The position numbers and the translations under genes are program-made. The notes beneath the pieces were generated by a model. It ran no database searches and was not told the DNA's origin. It saw only the letters and a program-made list of their open reading frames with translations. Positions 61,753-64,000 of a DNA stretch of 64,000 nucleotides are shown here, piece after piece; the first letter of the stretch is position 1; each line of letters starts with the position of its first letter. Origin of the DNA: Terriglobia bacterium (GTDB lineage: Bacteria > Acidobacteriota > Terriglobia > 2-12-FULL-54-10); contig CAXVYR010000004.1 of NCBI GenBank assembly GCA_963666975.2, positions 2,016,001 through 2,080,000 on the forward strand. Direction: 5' to 3'.

Positions 61753-62260
61753 TCATTCCAGCAGCCCGAGAACCCGCCAATACCAAACAGAAAGCGTGAG
61801 CGTGCACAGGGCCGTCGGAAAGCGGGCGGGCGCCATGCGAACCCGGTGCGCGCCTTGATGGGCCAGGTTGCCCGTCATCCCTTCGAGCATCGCAATCCAA
61901 ATGTTCTGGCAGGTCATCCAGAAGGGGTGTCCGAGGAACAGCAAGGGAGTAATCAGCACAATCGGAGAGTCGCGCAGAAGAGATGAGACGGGGAGAAATA
62001 AAATAGTCATGCTGAAAAAACCGGCTGGGTCGGTGAACTTCAGAGCGAACATGGCCAAAGCCATGACCACCGCCAAAACCAGGGCATTGCCGGAGACGTT
62101 TTGGATTACCGGAACAATGTATCCCGCCAGCCAGTCGGTAACCTGATGCTCCTCCCAGGAACAGCATCAGCGGCCACGGCACGGCGGTTTCGAAATCCTT
62201 CTCTTGCAGAATTCCGAAGGCCGCAAACGCCGCCAGCGCCGGCAGGCCGATTCCGAGCCG
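61753..62260 (-). pseudogene. Frameshifted C-terminal relic of a multi-TM transporter (SLC13/DASS-like)
   Basis: Hydrophobic segments in several frames, VPWPLMLFLGG, ending WYWRVLGLLE. Confidence 0.45.
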
Positions 62261-62306
62261 CGACCGTGAGGGAGCGGACAAATGGTGTTTTTCAACAACC
62301 TGTTAG
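62255..62306. repeat. REP-like repeat and element end
   Basis: GAGCCGCGACCGTGAGGGAGCGG, then TTTTTCAACAACCTG similar to TTTTTCAGCAACCTG at 34246. Confidence 0.45.
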
Positions 62307-62597
62307 AGAGCTTCTTTTCACACCGCCTCCTTGCCCCGGTAAAACAAGCTTGGCTTCGCGGCTAGAAGGTCTGCAAGAAGGGAAACTGGAGAACTTTCCG
62401 GCGTTTCTGCATAAGAAACCACCCTCTCTCCACCTCACACGGATATGAGCACACCAGATGCCACATGCGTCCCCCTGGCTGCCTAGCTAAGCTGTTGGCC
62501 AGTTTGAAAACCTTCGCAAACTTAGCAATGGGCTCCATCATCAAGGTAGCTGCTTATGGGTAGGAATCCACAACGAGTGAGTGATTTTTTCCAAGCC

Positions 62598-62810
62598 TGG
62601 AAGGACATAGTGCTCTGGGCCCGCCGGGAACGCGGACTTCGCCGTCTGCTCTATTTGCTGCTCACCCTGGGAGCAACCACATTTCCGAGCGCGCGGTGGA
62701 GTTTGACCGCAAGGCGGTCCGCCGGATCACTCTGCTGGGGATTCCCTCGGCCTTTCTGCTGCACGGCTACGTGGGGTTTCTCTTTGGCTCTGTGAAGGCC
62801 AATCCCTGGT
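62598..62810 (+). pseudogene. NrfD/PsrC-family membrane anchor fragment, frameshifted and cut by IS3
   Basis: KDIVLWAR..LYLLLTLG, shift, ISERAVEFDRKAVRRITLLGIPSAFLLHGYVGFLFGSVKANPW, ending exactly at the IS end. Confidence 0.6.
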
Positions 62811-62887
62811 TGACCTGCCCCCCATAAATTGGTCCAGTTGACAAGTTAGAGTTTAGGGTACGGACTGGACTGAGGAAGGGGGAGAGG

Positions 62888-63166
62888 ATGCCGAAGAAGC
62901 GATATACAGCCGAACAGATCATCCGACATCTACGAGAGGCGGAAGTGGAACTGGCTAAGGGCCAGACAACCGGAGAGGTCTGTCGGAAGTTGGGAATCAC
63001 GGAACAGACATATTATCGATGGCGGAAGGAGTACGGGAGCTTACGGGTTGATCAGGTGAGGCGTCTGAAGGAACTGGAACGGGAGAATGGCCGACTGAAG
63101 AAGTTGGTAGCGGATCAGGCGTTGGACCTTGCGATACTGAAGGAGGCATCCTCGGGAAACTTCTGA
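62888..63166 (+). CDS. IS3 transposase OrfA
   Basis: HTH VCRKLGITEQTYYRWRKEYG and zipper LKELERENGRLKKLVAD. Confidence 0.92.
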   Translation: MPKKRYTAEQIIRHLREAEVELAKGQTTGEVCRKLGITEQTYYRWRKEYGSLRVDQVRRLKELERENGRLKKLVADQALDLAILKEASSGNF

Positions 63167-64000
63167 GCCCGCGCCGACGGAGGCAGGCAGTGGAGCATGT
63201 CTGCCAGACCTTGGGAGCGGCGGGCGTGTCGAGTGCTGAAGCAGTATCGATCCACACAGCGGCGTCGAAGCTGGGCACCACAGGATGAACCGAGACTGGT
63301 AACCCGGACGCTGCAGCTAGCCGGCGAGTACGGCCGTTACGGCTACCGGCGGATCACGGCGTTGTTGAGACGGGAGGGGTGGCAAGTGAACCATAAGCGT
63401 GTGGAGAGAATCTGGCGGCAGGAGGGGCTGAAAGTGCCGAAGAAACAACCCCGAAGAGGCCGACTGTGGTTGAACGATGGGTCGTGCCTTCGGTTACGAC
63501 CGTGTTGGCCGGATCATGTCTGGGCATACGATTTTGTGGCAGATCGAACCCGGGACGGTCGTCCACTGAAGATGTTGACGGTGGTGGATGAGTACACGCG
63601 AGAGTGTTTGGCGATCGACGTAGAACGGCGAGCCGATTCGATGAGTGTTTTGGAACGGCTGGCAGCCTTGTTTGTGGAGCGGGGAGTTACCGATTACCTT
63701 CGCTCGGATAATGGGTCCGAGTTCACAGCACGGTTGGTGCGGAACTGGCTGGAGCGGGTAGGGGTGAAAACCCTCTTCATCGCGCCTGGGAGCCCATGGG
63801 AAAACGGGTATGTAGAATCGTTTAACGGAAAATTACGAGACGAGTTTCTGAATAGAGTGATCTTCTACACTTTGCGGGAAGCAAAGGTGTTGATTGAGGG
63901 ATGGCGGCGGGAGTATAACAAGGTTCGCCCGCACAGCGCGTTGGGCTACCGACCGCCAGCCCCGGAAGTGATCCTGCCGTTACTGCCGGGTTCCGCTCCG
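63163..64000 (+). pseudogene. IS3 transposase OrfB with an extra frameshift near 63217
   Basis: LSPRRRRQAVEHVCQTLG then shift to RRACRVL..YGYRRI..WAYDF..SDNGSEF..PWENGYVESFNG..HSALGY. Confidence 0.85.

Larger units (their letters stand above)
62811..64000 (+). mobile_element. IS3-family element (runs off the window)
   Basis: Left end TGACCTGCCCCCC; orfA and orfB; slippery G GGA AAC before the orfA stop. Confidence 0.93.

Overview
A GC-rich bacterial chromosomal window, most likely Acidobacteriota (inferred from a Solibacter-type C-terminal domain and acidobacterial-type hypothetical proteins). 1-4.3 kb: a radical SAM gene, two IS scars, a secreted amidohydrolase and tRNA-Arg(CCT). 4.3-15.4 kb: an ~11 kb integrated element bounded by a 44-bp tRNA 3' repeat. 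It carries a tyrosine integrase, an excisionase, four small genes, an hxsC relic and a ~1,770-aa surface-protein gene broken by an IS256, a frameshift and a nonsense codon. 15.4-46.4 kb: mostly housekeeping genes (cyclophilin, NtrC-type regulator, GT4, rhomboid, rlpA, HIT, xseA, ndk, sucCD, trpDGE, aroD-aroE fusion). Accessory spots here are a candidate 6S-like ncRNA, a REP-flanked proteasome-beta-like (Ntn) gene, and a toxin-antitoxin plus HEPN cluster. 46.6-61.2 kb: an eight-gene MoxR/VWA envelope operon that includes a TPR-gluzincin and a caspase-fold protein with Ser at the usual Cys position. 61.3-64 kb: a PilZ gene, gene relics and a frameshifted IS3. All family assignments come from motif recognition by eye; no database searches were run.
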